A stretch of DNA of 63,191 nucleotides, filler included, from Chiloscyllium plagiosum (GCF_004010195.1; 5 parts of one record of this genome joined end to end with filler, not necessarily neighbours in it); one strand, 5' to 3'; shown: positions 10,618 to 24,440, counted from the first letter of the whole stretch. Numbers and translations are program-made. The notes: generated by a model from the sequence alone, not told the origin.

Positions 10618-12700
10618 AAATTTACCTAAATGACAACTTAATCGGTGACCAGAGCAAGTTAAGCAAGTCCAAATAAAATCATGATAGCACAGAAAGAGGC
10701 CATCAAATCCAAGCTGGCTCTCTGTTGCAGAATCCCAAATTCTCATTTCCCAAACGTACCCCAAACTCTGCAAGTTTATTTCACTCAGAACTGATCTAAT
10801 TGTTTTTATCAATCATTTATCTTCTCGACTTGCACCACCATAATAGGCAACATGTTCTGCATACTTCCAACCAATACAGTCAACAGAAACACTTGCTCAT
10901 CTTCCGCTGTCTCAAAACCTTACATCTGGTCTTAATTCTTGTGCCATCAGCTATCAAATACAGATATTTTTGTCTGCTATATCTAGGTCTGTTATAATCT
11001 TATACGGCTTTATCAAAAATGTATTTAACTTGTTTATTTCAAAGAAAATAGCAATCTCTTCAAATCAATCCAGTGACTGCATTTTCTTCATCAGTGAACC
11101 ACTCCAGTAAGTCTGTACTCCACACCCTGAAGATCACTCATATTCTTCCTTGTTAATGTCTGTTTTGTTCCACAAATCCAGACGACACAAGTTTTCTGTA
11201 CAACAGCAGTAGCTTTATTATCAGACAGCTGGCAAGAATTTCAAAGCATCTCTAAAGTAGTCGAGTGTCTACCTGTACAGACTCATCTTCACGAACCTCT
11301 GCCTTACCCACAAGAGACAGTATATTTAATAAGAATTAGACAAAGACATATCAGTCACATGGGCGATTGCTACTACATAGTTTAAAGCTGGTAATTATGA
11401 ATTTACAAAGCTTGATGAATGCCAATGTCCTGTGATAATGTGTGATGGATTACAGAAACTGATTATCGTATTGTCCATGATTATATGTCGATTGGAAGAG
11501 ATTAAGGCAGAAGGGTTCTTCTTTCAGTAAATGGGGGATTCACTTACCTATGCTCATATGGAGGGAATTGAGACAATGAGAGCAGGAGGCAGTTCAACAG
11601 GGTTGTGCCCAGGGCTCTCAGTCTTGTCTGGAAAGGGTAAATTGCTCTGTCTGGGGTTATGGTGGAATCCACATGTGTGGCTCCAAGAGGTTCTACTTCG
11701 AAGATACGGTCTGCCTCACCCCTACTGAGGTGTTCAGTCTATATTGGAAGAGTACAGGCCTTGTACTCTTACAATACGGCAGTAAGACGTTTGGCAGGTT
11801 AATGTTTAACCCTTGAGTCACCAATGCATCCTGAAAGAGAAGCAAAGTTTGGAACAGGCCTCTCTGTGGTATTTTAACTTCCTCATCCTGACCAGGAATC
11901 TGTTGACCACAATTGGATGCAATGATTGACTGTGACCTAACTAGAACTTTGTCAACGGTCAGCATCTTTTGCATGAGTATGTTATCATTCCCTCTATTAA
12001 TGAAGCCCAGCATCCTATACGTTTACTCAAAACACTTTATGTTCTCTCTCCTTTAAGGATTTGTACTCATTGTCCCGCATTCCTGCTGTCCTGCTTCCTG
12101 TGTCTGTGCCATTCAAATATATATTCCCTTTCTACATTGCTTCTCTCAAAATGCATCAACTTACTGTGTGTTCTAAAGAAGAGACATATTATACTCAAAA
12201 TATTATCATTCTCCCCCCTGGAAAACAGAACAGTACAGCACTTGAATAATCGGCTCACCATGTCTGTGTGGATCATGATGCCATTCCAAACTGATTCCAT
12301 CTGCCTGTACATGATCCATATCCCTGACAACCCATGCCTGCTTATCTGTCTGTCCAAATGCCTCTTAAACAGTGTGATTGTTTCCGTTTTTACCATCTCT
12401 CAGGCAAGTACATTCTAGTCACTGACCACCTTCTGCAAACTTGCACAGATGTTGTTGAAAATGCTCAGCAGGTCATGCAGCATCTGTGAATAAAAATCAG
12501 TTCATGTTTCAGGTCCGGTCTCCCTTCCTCAGAAATGTTAACTAATTTCTCTTCACAGATGCTGCTAGAACTGCTGAGCTTTTTCAGAAACTTCTGTTTT
12601 TTTTTCTGGTTTACAGCATCTGCTGTTCTTTCGGTTTTCATTTCCGTTAAACTTGCCCCTCTCCCCTTAAATCTATGGCCTGTGGAATTGGTCATTTCCA
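10618..12700 (+). repeat. Segmental duplication, copy 1 (paralog at ~22465-24440)
   Basis: Colinear shared sequence from aaatgacaacttaatcggtgaccagagcaagttaagcaagtcc through the HHR-bearing palindrome and CR1 piece. Confidence 0.9.
12455..12640. mobile_element. Decayed palindromic Penelope-derived mini-element with minus-strand hammerhead-like core
   Basis: ctcagcagg..tgcagcatctgtg / cacagatgctgc..ctgctgag inverted arms; minus strand CTGAGGA-agggagaccggacct-GAAAC. Confidence 0.6.
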
Positions 12701-13345
12701 CTTGGAAAAGGATTCAGATTATTCACTCTGTCTGTGCCTCTCGGATCGCTCCACAGCCACTGACTTTCCAAAGACAACAATCCAAGATTTTCCAACTTCT
12801 CCCAATCCAGGCAACATCCTGGTAAACCCATTTCCACCCTCTCCAAAGCTTCCACATCCTCCTTATAATGCGGTGCTCAAAACAGCGCACAATACTGCAA
12901 AGGTGGCCTGATTACAGTTTTATATTCAGTCCCCTGACGGAAGAAGGCAAGCCTGCCATCCACCTCCTTCACCACATTCAGGGAGCTGTGAACTTGCACC
13001 TCTGTATATCAATGCTGCTCAGGGCACTTCCTTTTAGTGCATACATTCCTCGTACAATGAGCCGCCCAAAAAGCATCACGTCACACTTGTCTGAATTAAA
13101 ATCTATCTGCAATTTCTCCGCATAACCTTCCAACTGATCTCGTCCTTGATGTTCCATTTGACAACATTCTTCACGATTCACAACTTCTTCACTTTGTGCC
13201 ATCTACAAACTTGCTAATTAAATTGTTTACATTTTCAGGCTAATCATTTATATGTGTTACAAACAACAGATGTCCCAGCTCTGACCTTTGTGGAACAGAG
13301 GCACTGGTCACAGACCTCCAGCCGGCAACATACCCCTGCACTCTG
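12640..13345 (-). mobile_element. CR1 LINE RT fragments
   Basis: Minus ORFs MEALERV...LENLGLLSLE and LQIDFNSDKCDVMLFGR (CR1 RT C-terminal motifs). Confidence 0.75.
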
Positions 13346-13389
13346 TTGCTGGGAGAAATATCAAAGAGGAGCCTTGAGTTCTGTGCTGA

Positions 13390-16300
13390 GCAGCACGACC
13401 AATGTTTATTCAGAGCTCCTTACTAATGCATGATGAAAGAGTTCCCTCTCTGGAATTCTGTGACTCCCACAGCCAAGTCCACCATTTTGATGTGTTTCTT
13501 TCATATGTTCCACTAATATTTTCCCCCTGACCCGATCTCCTGGTTTCGGGATGTCAGCTCGGATGTTTATGAGCTCCCTTTCCCAGTCTCTGATTCTCTG
13601 TCCGTCTGCAACTTCCCCTCTCAGCTCATGCAGTTGCTTTGTCAGTTCTTTCACAAATTGTTTCACCCTATCCTTGCCATTGTACATCTCCTGCCCTCCA
13701 ACTACCATACCCTCTGGCAGCTGCATAGTCCATCCGGTCACTAATTCAAAGGGGGACTGCTCTGTTCCCTCTGCTGGGGTTGAAGTCAGTTTCATTGGGA
13801 TTGTGGGGAGTACATTAACCCATCCCTGCCTGTCTCTGTCAGGGCCTTAGTCAGACTATCTTTCAGTGTCTGCTTCATTCCTTCTACTGTCCCTGAGCTC
13901 TGGGGGGTGGTATGTGAGATGGGATTTATGCTCAGTACCAAACAGGCCATAGAGCTGCTTAACTTCGTTTCCTGGAACATGTGCCCCTTGGTCAGAATCT
14001 GCAGGGGGATGCTTCCGCCCACTGAGTAAACCTGTTTCTTCAGACCCAGCAGGATTTCCTTCCCTGGGATTGGGATGGGGGTGTATGTAAAATCTATCTG
14101 TATTTGTTCCCGTGCGCCCCTGGGTCCCTGCTGCTGCCTCCATTTTATCCTGATTGTTTTCCCTGGCTCACACTGTGTACAGACTATACCCTTCGACAAA
14201 ATCTTCTTGTTCCAGAACACCCCTGTAGTTGATCATCCGATATTGCATTTTATCCTGCTCAATATGGGCCAGCCCATGATATGTTTTTAATAATGTTTGT
14301 CTTATACAGTGGCACTGCTAGATCATCCTATGTCCTATAACCTCCCCACCCTTTTCCCATTCCTGTTTCTCCTGCTATGGGACTGTTTCTGGAAATGTCT
14401 TTAAACTTTCCTTTCTTGCTTCTGTAGCTACTGCCACTGCATCCTCCTCAAATGTCTCCAACGTTTCAGTAAGTATGCTCACCCATGCTCACCAACTACC
14501 CCATTGGTGTGGGGTTTCTACTTTCCTGTGAGCTCTAATCTTCATTATTGCTGCTTAACTGGGAAAGTTAGCTGCTTCCACTAACTCTCTGACCTATTCT
14601 TCATGCTCAATGTGGCCCCCAGACAGGGTGACATACCTTCACCGATCCCAGTCCTGAACTATACCAAAGGCATGCTGACTGTGTGCATTTTGCCTCCCTC
14701 ACCCCTGGTTAATGTCCGCGCTTCTGCCAGGGCTCGTGATGGTTCTCTATTTCTGGATAATTCCTCGCAAAATTCCCACAATAATTAAACAATCCTAAAG
14801 TTTGCCTGATCCCTTTACGGTCTGTGGGTAGATAAGTTTATCATCATAGTTTTTGTTCCCGCTGGGACTGTCCCCTCTCCCTTCCTGATTTGATCTCGCC
14901 AATATGATGTCCCAGTTCCGTCTCTCCCTACCTTCCCAGTTGCACTCTCTGTGCGTTAATTTTAAGCCTGGCCTGGCTAACCTGCTCCAATACCCTGTTT
15001 AATACCTAGATATGTTCTTTCTCACTGCTTGAGGTGATGAGGTGTCGGTAAGATCAGTGTGACTAAATCCATCAAACACACATCGGTGGGAGAGACTGGG
15101 GTCTTGCGGGATCCCTGAGGTAATAGTATCCTGGTTGCCTGTTCTCCTCGGTCAGTAAACCGAGGTCAATGTCCACAGGTATGGACCCAGACTATTTCCA
15201 GCTTCTGTCAATCTATCACTGTCACATTTACTGCCTCCCCTGCCCTAGCGTTGATGAGATCCCGTTTGTGTGGGGAGTGAGAGGGCTCTCGATCTCCACA
15301 GGATCGATAGATAATAACCCACATTCCTGTTTGAGTTACGCACACCGCTGAGTGGGTCCGAGCTATAACCCACCAGATTCTCTGACTGTCCCAGTCTCCC
15401 TGCAATGTTGCTACTCCAAAGAGGTTGCCTCTCCTTTTCTTTCTGTCCCAGTCCTGGCCGGAGCATCCCCATGTTTAAATTCACGTGTTGACATCAACAG
15501 TTGCCATTTTAGAATAAATAGGAGCAACTCCCAGAATGGTCCCTTTTTGAGTTTCACACCTCTATATCTGAATACATTTTGTCATACTCCCGGTCTACAT
15601 AGGGACAGGTTTATTTAATCCAGCTTCCTGAGTTGCCTCTCCGACTGCTCTTATTTTAGTCATTGAGGGGTGAGTAGTGAATCCTTATCGGTAACTGATA
15701 AAGATGCTCCATATTAGCATAATGCGGTGCTGGCCCCTTAACAGCGCGTCAATAAATATTCATGAGTTATGCATGTGCACATGTGAATACAGGCCACACA
15801 ATGTGAACACCTATCTCCCTCTCTCTGCCTACATTCCCTGGCTCTGTGCTCTTTCCTGCTTCCCTTGTAATATTGTAGATTTGGTTACCCTCCCAGGGTA
15901 TTCCCCTGTGTTTCTGAGTTTGTCTCAGTTCTCATGGCCCAATTCAGAATGTTGTTAGAATTATCTCCCACTGGGAGTCCCATGTTTATAATTACAGTTA
16001 AATGTAGTACCATTTTAAATACATCAAACTGATTTCATCATCGCAGAATGGGGTTTGCTAATCCCCTGTGGTCCTTACACACCTCAGGCTTCCTCTCTGT
16101 ATTATCCTCCGTATTACCCATGGGTCCCTGAGTCACCAAGGTTATTTTAGCCCATTCAGTCTGTCCTCTTCCCTAGTGTGTTCCTGGAATATCTGTAATT
16201 GCCTGGAGCCATTGATCGGCTGTGTTCTGGGGGGAACCGGGTCACACCCGCAACCTCTCATTGCAGCGACAGGTTCTGCTGTACACGTCAGGGCATCTTG

Positions 16301-16800
16301 GCTTGAAGGAGGGTATGCGCATCATCATTGGTGAGACTGTGTACCTCAACTAATTCATCCATATTCTCCCAATAAGGCCCATTATTACCATTTCTCTATC
16401 AGGCTGTGTGTTCATTCACCAACATCTGTCGTTCAGCCAGGTGAACGGTTCAGGTTTGGTTTCTGTCAGTTCCATTCGCTGCCCCTCCCGTCTGTCCAAG
16501 TTTGAGCTTTGATGCCCAATGGTGCCATAGACGCTGCCTTCCGGGCCTTACAGAATGGTGGTGGAAATGTGTTGCTGGAAAAGCGCAGCAGGTGGGCCAT
16601 ACCATCCATGGCCGTTCCTCTGTCCATGCATGGGAGCTGTATCATCTAACCCGTTCCAGTCAGTGTCACCATCCTCACTGCTTTCTGAGGAGAGCGGAGC
16701 ACTAGGTACCTCCCCCACTATAACTACGATCTGGCCCTTTGGCTTTAAGGCCTCACATCTGAGAGCCACCATCTTCATTTGTTCCTGTTTCTCATAATAA
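13390..16800 (-). pseudogene. pol: Heavily decayed ERV gag-pol (class I, gamma/epsilon-like) with internal deletions
   Basis: Integrase QIDFT, PQSSG.VE..KQTLK and SPFELVTG (13406-14220); RNase H SQHAFG...AIMKIRAH (~14500-14680); RT LITS.SEKEHI..L.RVL...LKIN...LGHHI and IRQTLGLFNYC (~14770-15050); putative gag upstream; many stops and frameshifts. Confidence 0.82.
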
Positions 16801-18446
16801 TGTAACATTCCATAATTCCTGGAATAAAACAAAACAAAATGTAAATTTGATTTTACTTGAAAGAAGAATAATTTGAGATTCACTCGACATAATTATAGAG
16901 GTGAAAATTCTACTGTCAGTATTTAAGTGAAATTAACGTGATCATACTGTGAAAATAATCCCGGAAATCAACAACCATAAATGAGCTCAATAATATGTGA
17001 TTATTTGTACCAGTTCTTGCATTGAAAATTCAATGTTATTCAATGCCTGTCAACTGTTAGACCATGCATTGTAATCAGAGCATAAAGTAATGGAAGGTTA
17101 TCAGAAAAAAAAATATTTTCAAAAGAATAATCAGATATTTTTGGAGGAAATTAGGATAGGAAACAAATATGTATACCTTGATATGAATAGTTTAAAAACG
17201 TTTAGAAATTGACCCGGACTATTTGATTGAGAGAAGCTGCATGAGTGTAAAGATTAATTCGCCTTTTTCGTTGCATTGTTGGTTTTACTAGAATCTGTTG
17301 TATTCTAAACTCTTGTTGTGTGCAATGGACTGTCGCTAATCGCTTAATTTATCTGAGAGACCCTTATCAGGTTTCCTTTGTCTGTAAATCAGGGGGCCAG
17401 TGAGCAATACGCCTGCTTTTCTAAGGGCAAGCAAAAATTCATTTCAAAGGAAAGAAGTGGCAGATCACACTGAGAATGGTTTCCAGCACACACCATCAGC
17501 AGGGAACGGTTTTTCCAAAGAATTCCAATCTCTGTCTACAAATCTGATGGTATCTGCGTTTGTCAGTTTGTTGAGGATTCAGCCCCTTTGGTCTGAGCTG
17601 TTTTCATACAAGCAGTTGTTTCATTATGTGACTGCTTTTTTACTTCCCCTTTTACCATGATTCTGGGAGAGTACTTTCTGCAGATTAGACTATTCTGTTA
17701 ATCAGTAATGTTAAGTAACTCACATTGAATGGTTTTGACTCTAACAGAGCAGTGGCCTTGTTTTCAGCTAATTATTCACTTTCAATTTCCTGGTTGTGTT
17801 GAATGTTTCAGAAACAGGCTCTGGGCAATGTTTCCATTCACTTGTGTTGGATTCACTGACAGCCATGTGGTCAGTCAGTTTCTGGTGATGATCAGTTTCT
17901 CTGTCCTATTAGGCAATGGTCACTTGCTCAGTTTTCACTGTCTCTCCTCAGCATCAGTCATCAGCTGCTGAAACCCTCCATCCAACATTTGATCCCTCTC
18001 AGCGTGACTACTCCAATACAGTCCAAGCTTGTCTCCAAAATGCTACCTCCATTTCCTCATGATCATCTCAGATTCTACTGTCTGTGTCCTTACAGCAGGT
18101 TGCGTAAGACATCTACCTCAGGTTTAACCTGATCTGCATTGCGTTCAGAAAGATAATTTCAAAATTTGGTTTGCTGCTTCTAAACCTACCTGTGCCTTCA
18201 CCCTGTCCATCCGTGTAGTTCCACACCTCCCTGAGGTATCTGCACTTATCCAATTCCAGCTGCTTGACAGTTTCTTATTTTATTCTCCTCCCTGTTGGTG
18301 GCTTTAGTTTCAGCTGCCTTGAATCCAGGCTTGATAATTCTCTTCCCCTGTTCCCTTCGACTCTCCTCCATTCCATAGGCTCTCCTTAACATCCACTTGT
18401 TTGATCAAGATTTTGGTTTCCAAACTTAAAACTCTCCCTTTGTAGA

Positions 18447-18775
18447 TAGGTAACAGCCTCATGGTAACATTGCTGAACCGTTATTATTCTGGGGACCCTG
18501 ATTCAAATCCTACCACGCAGATGTGGAATTTGAATTCAGTGTAAATCTAGAAATATGAGGCTATTGATGACCATGAATTATCGTCGATTGTCAGGAAAAA
18601 CCCACCTGGGTTCATTGATGTCCTTGAGGGAAGGAAGCTGCCATTGTTACCTGGTCTAGCCTACATGTGACTACTGACCCACAGCAATGTGATTGACTCT
18701 TACCTGCTGTCTGGGTAATAAATGCTGCCCTAGCCAGTGGTAACTACATCCAGTGAATGTATCTTAAACAAAGCT
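18447..18775 (+). mobile_element. tRNA-derived shark SINE (SacSINE1-like), decayed
   Basis: B-box-like gattcaaatcc, core catgtgact..gacccacagcaatgtg.ttgactctt, tail aataaatgctgcc; second copy at ~50130-50450. Confidence 0.6.
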
Positions 18776-18789
18776 CTCAGTCCTATGAT

Positions 18790-19195
18790 CATGTGAGAGA
18801 GAATCAGAAGGTGACCATTCATCCCCACGAGCCTGCTCCACCATTCAAAAAGACCAGGCCTGATCTGTTCGTGATTTGCATTCCATCTCCCCCCAACGCA
18901 CCTTAACGAGAATCTATCAACCTGTGTCTTAAAATACTCAGTGCACCCACCTTCTGCGGCAGAGAGTTCCAAAGTTGCACAGCCTTCTGAGAGGAAACAA
19001 ATCTCGTCAGCTCTGTCCTGAAAGCATAAACCCAATTTTAAAGCAGGTCCGTTTGGTTCAGGAATGACCCACAAATGAAACATCCTTTCCACATCCTCCT
19101 TCTCAAACCGTTCAGGATCTTATGCACTTCAGTCATGTCACCTCTCACTCTCCCAAACTCCAGCTGAAACAAACCCAGCCTGTCCAACCAATCCA
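18790..19195 (-). mobile_element. CR1 3' fragment
   Basis: Similar to other CR1 3' ends in the window (agagttcc, tcaggatcttat..acttc). Confidence 0.6.
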
Positions 19196-19499
19196 CATTT
19201 TATTTCTGTCACGCTGGGTGTGAGTGGGGTTGAAATGTTGTTTTATGTTTATGATGCAGTGAATGTGTTGCTTCACTGCGAGGAGTCTACAAGTCAATGC
19301 CTCACTGTATTACATATATCTTACATCACTGTGGTGTTTCCATCCCTCCCTCCATTGTCTAACGAAAAACAAGGAGAGAGAAAGAGAGAGATTGAGAAAA
19401 GTTATTAGAAAAGTTGTTGTCACCTAAAAGGTACTTGGTCTGTTTGTAAAGATTGCATTGAAATTGAAGTAACCAGTTGGTAACATTTTGTCAGTAATA

Positions 19500-20830
19500 T
19501 TAACTAACAATTTCTCAACGACTGAGGGCAGGCTTATCAGCTGATAAATTCCATTACCTTACATCCTTCTTATACTGGGGGGTTATTTTAGCAATTTTCC
19601 TGTCCTCTGGGACCCGCCTTGAGTCCAGTGATACCTGAAAGCTCACAACTAAAGCCACCACTATCTCTTCAGTTATTGCCTTCACAACTCTGGGGAGGAG
19701 TACATCTGGTCCAGTTGTTTTATCTACTTTCAGACCTTTCAGTTTTCCAGTATCTTCTCCTTGGTGATGGCCACCGTACTCATCTCTGACCCCTTGACTC
19801 TCTTAAAGTTTTGGGATATTGCTCCTGTCTTCCACCGTGAGGACTGATGCAAAGTACTTATTCAGTTCCTCAGCCATTTCTTTGTTAGCCGTAACTACTC
19901 TGCCAGCCTTATTTTCCAACGGCCCAATGTCCAGTTTTGCCTCTTTTGAACATTGTATATCTCGAAAAACTCTGGCAATCTTGTTTTGAATATTACTGAC
20001 TAGCTTTCCCTCATGCTTAATCTTCTCCCTCCTTATTTCTTTCTTCATTATCCTCCATTGGTGTTTCTAGGCTTGCCAATCCTCTGGTTTCCCACTGCAC
20101 TTTGCCACATGATGTGATTTCTCTTTTGCTTTTATGCTGTCCCTGACTTCCCGAGTCAGCCATGATTGCCACATGCTCTCTTTAATACGTGTCTTTCTCC
20201 TCGGGATGAATGTTTGCTGTGTCACCCGGATAACTCCCAGAAACCCCTGCCATTGCTGTTCCATTATCTGTCCTATGAGACTCTTCTCCCAGTCAATTCT
20301 CTCCAGCTTCTCCCTCATGTCTCAGTAGTTGCCTTTATTTAGCTGTAACAGAGTTACATCTGATTCCACCTTCCCTTTCTCAAACTGCCAAGTAGATTCT
20401 ATCATATGAGGGTCACTGCCACCTCAGGGTTCATTCAAGTTAATCTCCCTTATGAAGGTTGCCTCATTGCACAGCACTAAATCCGGTACTGCCTGTTCTC
20501 TACTGGGGTCCACAAGCTGCTCTGAAAAGCCATCTTCCAGAAATTCCATAAATTAATTTTCTTGCAATCTACTGTCAGCCCTATTTTCTCAGTACCCCTG
20601 CATTTTGAAATCCCCCCCGATTACTGTAACCATGCTTTTCTTACATGCTTTTTCTATTTCCTCATGTGTGTTATGCCCCAAATCTTGACTATTTCTTGGA
20701 GGCCTCTCGATAACTCCCATTATGGTGTTTTTACCTTCGTGAATCTACATTATCTGACTCCACTTCATTTATGCTATTGATTTAACTTCATTTCTTACTG
20801 ATCAGGCAACCGCTGCCCATCTGCCTGTCT
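19500..20830 (-). mobile_element. CR1 LINE ORF2 fragment (endonuclease-RT linker)
   Basis: IGPLENKAG...NKEMAEELNKYFASVLTVED and LERIDWEKSL...WLTREVRDSIKAK. Confidence 0.85.
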
Positions 20831-20899
20831 TTTCGATTGGATGTAAGACTTTGAATATTTAGCTCCGAGAAAGCTTCAGCCTTATCTTTTGCACTGATG

Positions 20900-21665
20900 T
20901 GCTACACTTTTCCATCATTGTCAATGGGAATACTGGTGGAACCTCCTCTTCCGGTGAGTTGTTAAATTGTCCACAGCCATTCTCGACTGGATGTGGCAGG
21001 AATGCAGAACTTAGATCTGATCTTTTGGTTGCTGCATCACTTAGCTCTATTACTTGCTGCTTATACAGTTTGACATGCAAGTTTGCTGTTTGGTCGCTTC
21101 ACCTGATTGGCACCTCATTTTTAGGCATGCCTGGTGCTACTCCTGGCATGCTCTCCTGCACTCTCCATTGAATCAGGATTGACCCCCTGGCTTTATGGTC
21201 ATAGTTGCGTGGGGGATATGTCATGCCATGAGGTTACATATTGTGCTATTGCACAGTTCTGCTGCTCCTGGGGGCCTAGTGCCTCATGGACACCTTGTCT
21301 TGAGCTGCTAGATCGTTTCAACGTCTGTCCTATTTAGCACGGTCATACTGCCACACAACACGATGGAGGTTATTCTCAATTTGAAGGTGGGACTTGTTTC
21401 CACAATGTCTATACTGTGGTTGCTCTTACTGATACCGTCATGGATAGATGCATCTGCAACTGGCAGATTGGTAAGAATGAGCTCAGGTATGTTTTTCCCT
21501 CTTGTTGATTCCCTCCCCAACGACTGCAGACCCAGGCTCACAGCTATGTCCTTTAGGACCCAAACAACTCCATCAGTAGTACTGCCACCGAGCCACTCTT
21601 TATGGTGAACATTGAAATCCTCAAAACAGAGTACATTTTGTGTCCTTTCCATCCTCAGTGATTCC
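20900..21665 (-). mobile_element. Non-LTR retrotransposon AP-endonuclease fragment
   Basis: DFNVHHKEWLG..TTD...STRGKN..ELILTN....S...GI.KSNH (APE-domain motifs). Confidence 0.8.
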
Positions 21666-22464
21666 TTCAATTGTTTTTTTAAAATTCATTTGTGTGACTT
21701 GGGCATCCCTGTTTGCCTTTGAGAANNNNNNNNNNNNNNNNNNNNNNNNNNNNNNNNNNNNNNNNNNNNNNNNNNNNNNNNNNNNNNNNNNNNNNNNNNN
21801 NNNNNNNNNNNNNNNNNNNNNNNNNNNNNNNNNNNNNNNNNNNNNNNNNNNNNNNNNNNNNNNNNNNNNNNNNNNNNNNNNNNNNNNNNNNNNNNNNNNN
21901 NNNNNNNNNNNNNNNNNNNNNNNNNNNNNNNNNNNNNNNNNNNNNNNNNNNNNNNNNNNNNNNNNNNNNNNNNNNNNNNNNNNNNNNNNNNNNNNNNNNN
22001 NNNNNNNNNNNNNNNNNNNNNNNNNNNNNNNNNNNNNNNNNNNNNNNNNNNNNNNNNNNNNNNNNNNNNNNNNNNNNNNNNNNNNNNNNNNNNNNNNNNN
22101 NNNNNNNNNNNNNNNNNNNNNNNNNNNNNNNNNNNNNNNNNNNNNNNNNNNNNNNNNNNNNNNNNNNNNNNNNNNNNNNNNNNNNNNNNNNNNNNNNNNN
22201 NNNNNNNNNNNNNNNNNNNNNNNNNAAATCTGTACCCAGTGTGAATCTGTGCATGTTCAACAATGTTGTGAACATTTCCAAAGCTAAGTTCTCTATGTGC
22301 ACTACTTTATGAGCTGCCAAAGGCATTTTTCATTACTTGGCGTGAAAAAGAGAAAATAATTCTTCAACTGTGGCTATCAGTAAATTGACTGGTGTCTCAG
22401 CAGGATGGATGCCTGAGTGAATCCCTTCTCTTCAGCGCCACCCCCCACCACCCCCCCGACACCA

Positions 22465-24440
22465 GATTTACCGAAATGACAACTTAATCGGTGACCAGAG
22501 CAAGTTAAGCAAGTCCAAATAAAATGCAATATAGCACAGAAAGAGGCCCATCATTTACAAGCTGGCTCTCTGTAGCAGAATCCAATATTCTCATTCCCTA
22601 TACGTACCCCAAACTCTGTAAGTTTATTTCCCTTAGAACTGATCTAATTGTTTTATCAGTCATTGATCTTCTCTACTTGCACCACCATAATAGGAAACAT
22701 GTTCTGCATATGTCCAGCCAATACAGCAGAAACACTTGCTCATCTCCCGCTGTCTCAAAACCTTACATCTGACCTTAACTCTTGTGCCATCACTTATCGA
22801 ATACAGATATTTTTGTCTGCTATATCTAGGTATGTTATAATCTTATACAGCTCTATCAAAAATATATCCAACTTCTTCACTTCAAAGAAAATCGCAATTT
22901 CTTCAAATCAATCCAGAGACTGCATTTTCTTCATCAGTGAACCACTCCAGTAAGTCTGAATGCCACACTCTGAAAATCACTCATATCCTTCATTGTTATT
23001 GCCTATTTTGTTCCACAAATCCAGACGACACAAGTTTTCTGCACAACAGCATTAGTTTTATTATTGGACAGCCGGCGAGAGTTTCAAAGCATCTCTAAAG
23101 TAGCTGAGTGTCTACTTGGAGAGACTCTTCTTCATGAATCTCTGCCTTACCCAGAGAGACAGTATATTTAGTAGGAATTAGACAAAGGCATATCAGTCAC
23201 ATGGGCGATTGTCAACGGATAGTTTAAAGTGGGTAATTATGACCTTACAAAATTTGATGAATGACGATATCCTGTGATAACGTGCGAATGGATTACAGAA
23301 ACTGATTATCGTATTGTTCATGATTATTTATTGATGGGAAGAAGGGTTCTTCCTTCAGTAAATGGGGGATTAACTTACCTATGCTCATCTGGAGGGGAGA
23401 TCAGGCAATGGGAGTGGGAGGCAGTTTCACAGGGTTTTGCCCAGGGCTCCCTGTCTGGGGTTACGGGGCAATCCACATGTGTGACTGCAAGAGGTTCTAT
23501 TTTGAGATACTGTCAGCCTCCCACTCAAACCCCCCTTCTGTGGTGTTCTGTCAGTATTTTAAGAGTACAGGCCTTCAGTTGATGAAATAAGGCCTTTGGC
23601 AGGGGAATGTTTAACCCTTGAGACCCCATGGTGTCCTGAAAGAGAAGCAAAAGGTATGGAACTGGCCCCTCTATGGTATTTTAACTTCCTCGTTCTGAAC
23701 TGGAATCTGTTGACCAGAATTGAATGCAATGATTGACTGTGACCTAACTAGAGCTTTGTCAAGGGTCAGCCATTCCTGCTGTCCTGCCCTCTGTGCCTGT
23801 GCCACTCAAATATATATTCCCTTTCTACATTGCTTCTCTCAAAATGCATCAACTTACTGTGTATTCTAAGGAAGAGACATATTCCACTCAAAATATTATC
23901 TCTCACTCCACACATTATACCCCCTGGAAAACAGAACAGTACAGCACCGGAATAATTGGCCCACCACGTCTGCGCAGACCATGATGTCATTCCAAACAAA
24001 TTCCACCTTCCTGGACATGGTCCATTTCCCTGCCAACCCCTGCCTGCTTACGTGCCTGCCCAAATGCCTCTTAAGCATTGTGATTGTTTCTGCTTTTACC
24101 ACCCCCCAGGAGAGTACATTCTCGTCATCTACCAACTTTTGCATAAGAAACTTGCCTGACATAACTCCCTTTAAACTTTCACATGTTGTTGGAAATGCTC
24201 AACAGGTCTTGCAGCATCTGAGAAAATAAAAACCCGTTAATGTTTCGGGTCCTTCATCAGAAACGTGACCTCAGATTTCTCTTCACAGATGCTTCCAGAC
24301 ATGTTGAGCATTTCCAGAAACTTCTGTTTTTGTTTCTGATTTACCGCATCTTCTGTTCTTTCGGTTTTTATTTTCTTTAAATTTCCCCCTGTCCCCTGAC
24401 CACTAGAATTTGTCATTTCTACCTTGGAAAAAAATTCTGA
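22465..24440 (+). repeat. Segmental duplication, copy 2 (paralog of 10618-12700)
   Basis: Colinear with copy 1, with substitutions and a ~230-bp deletion near 23770. Confidence 0.9.
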
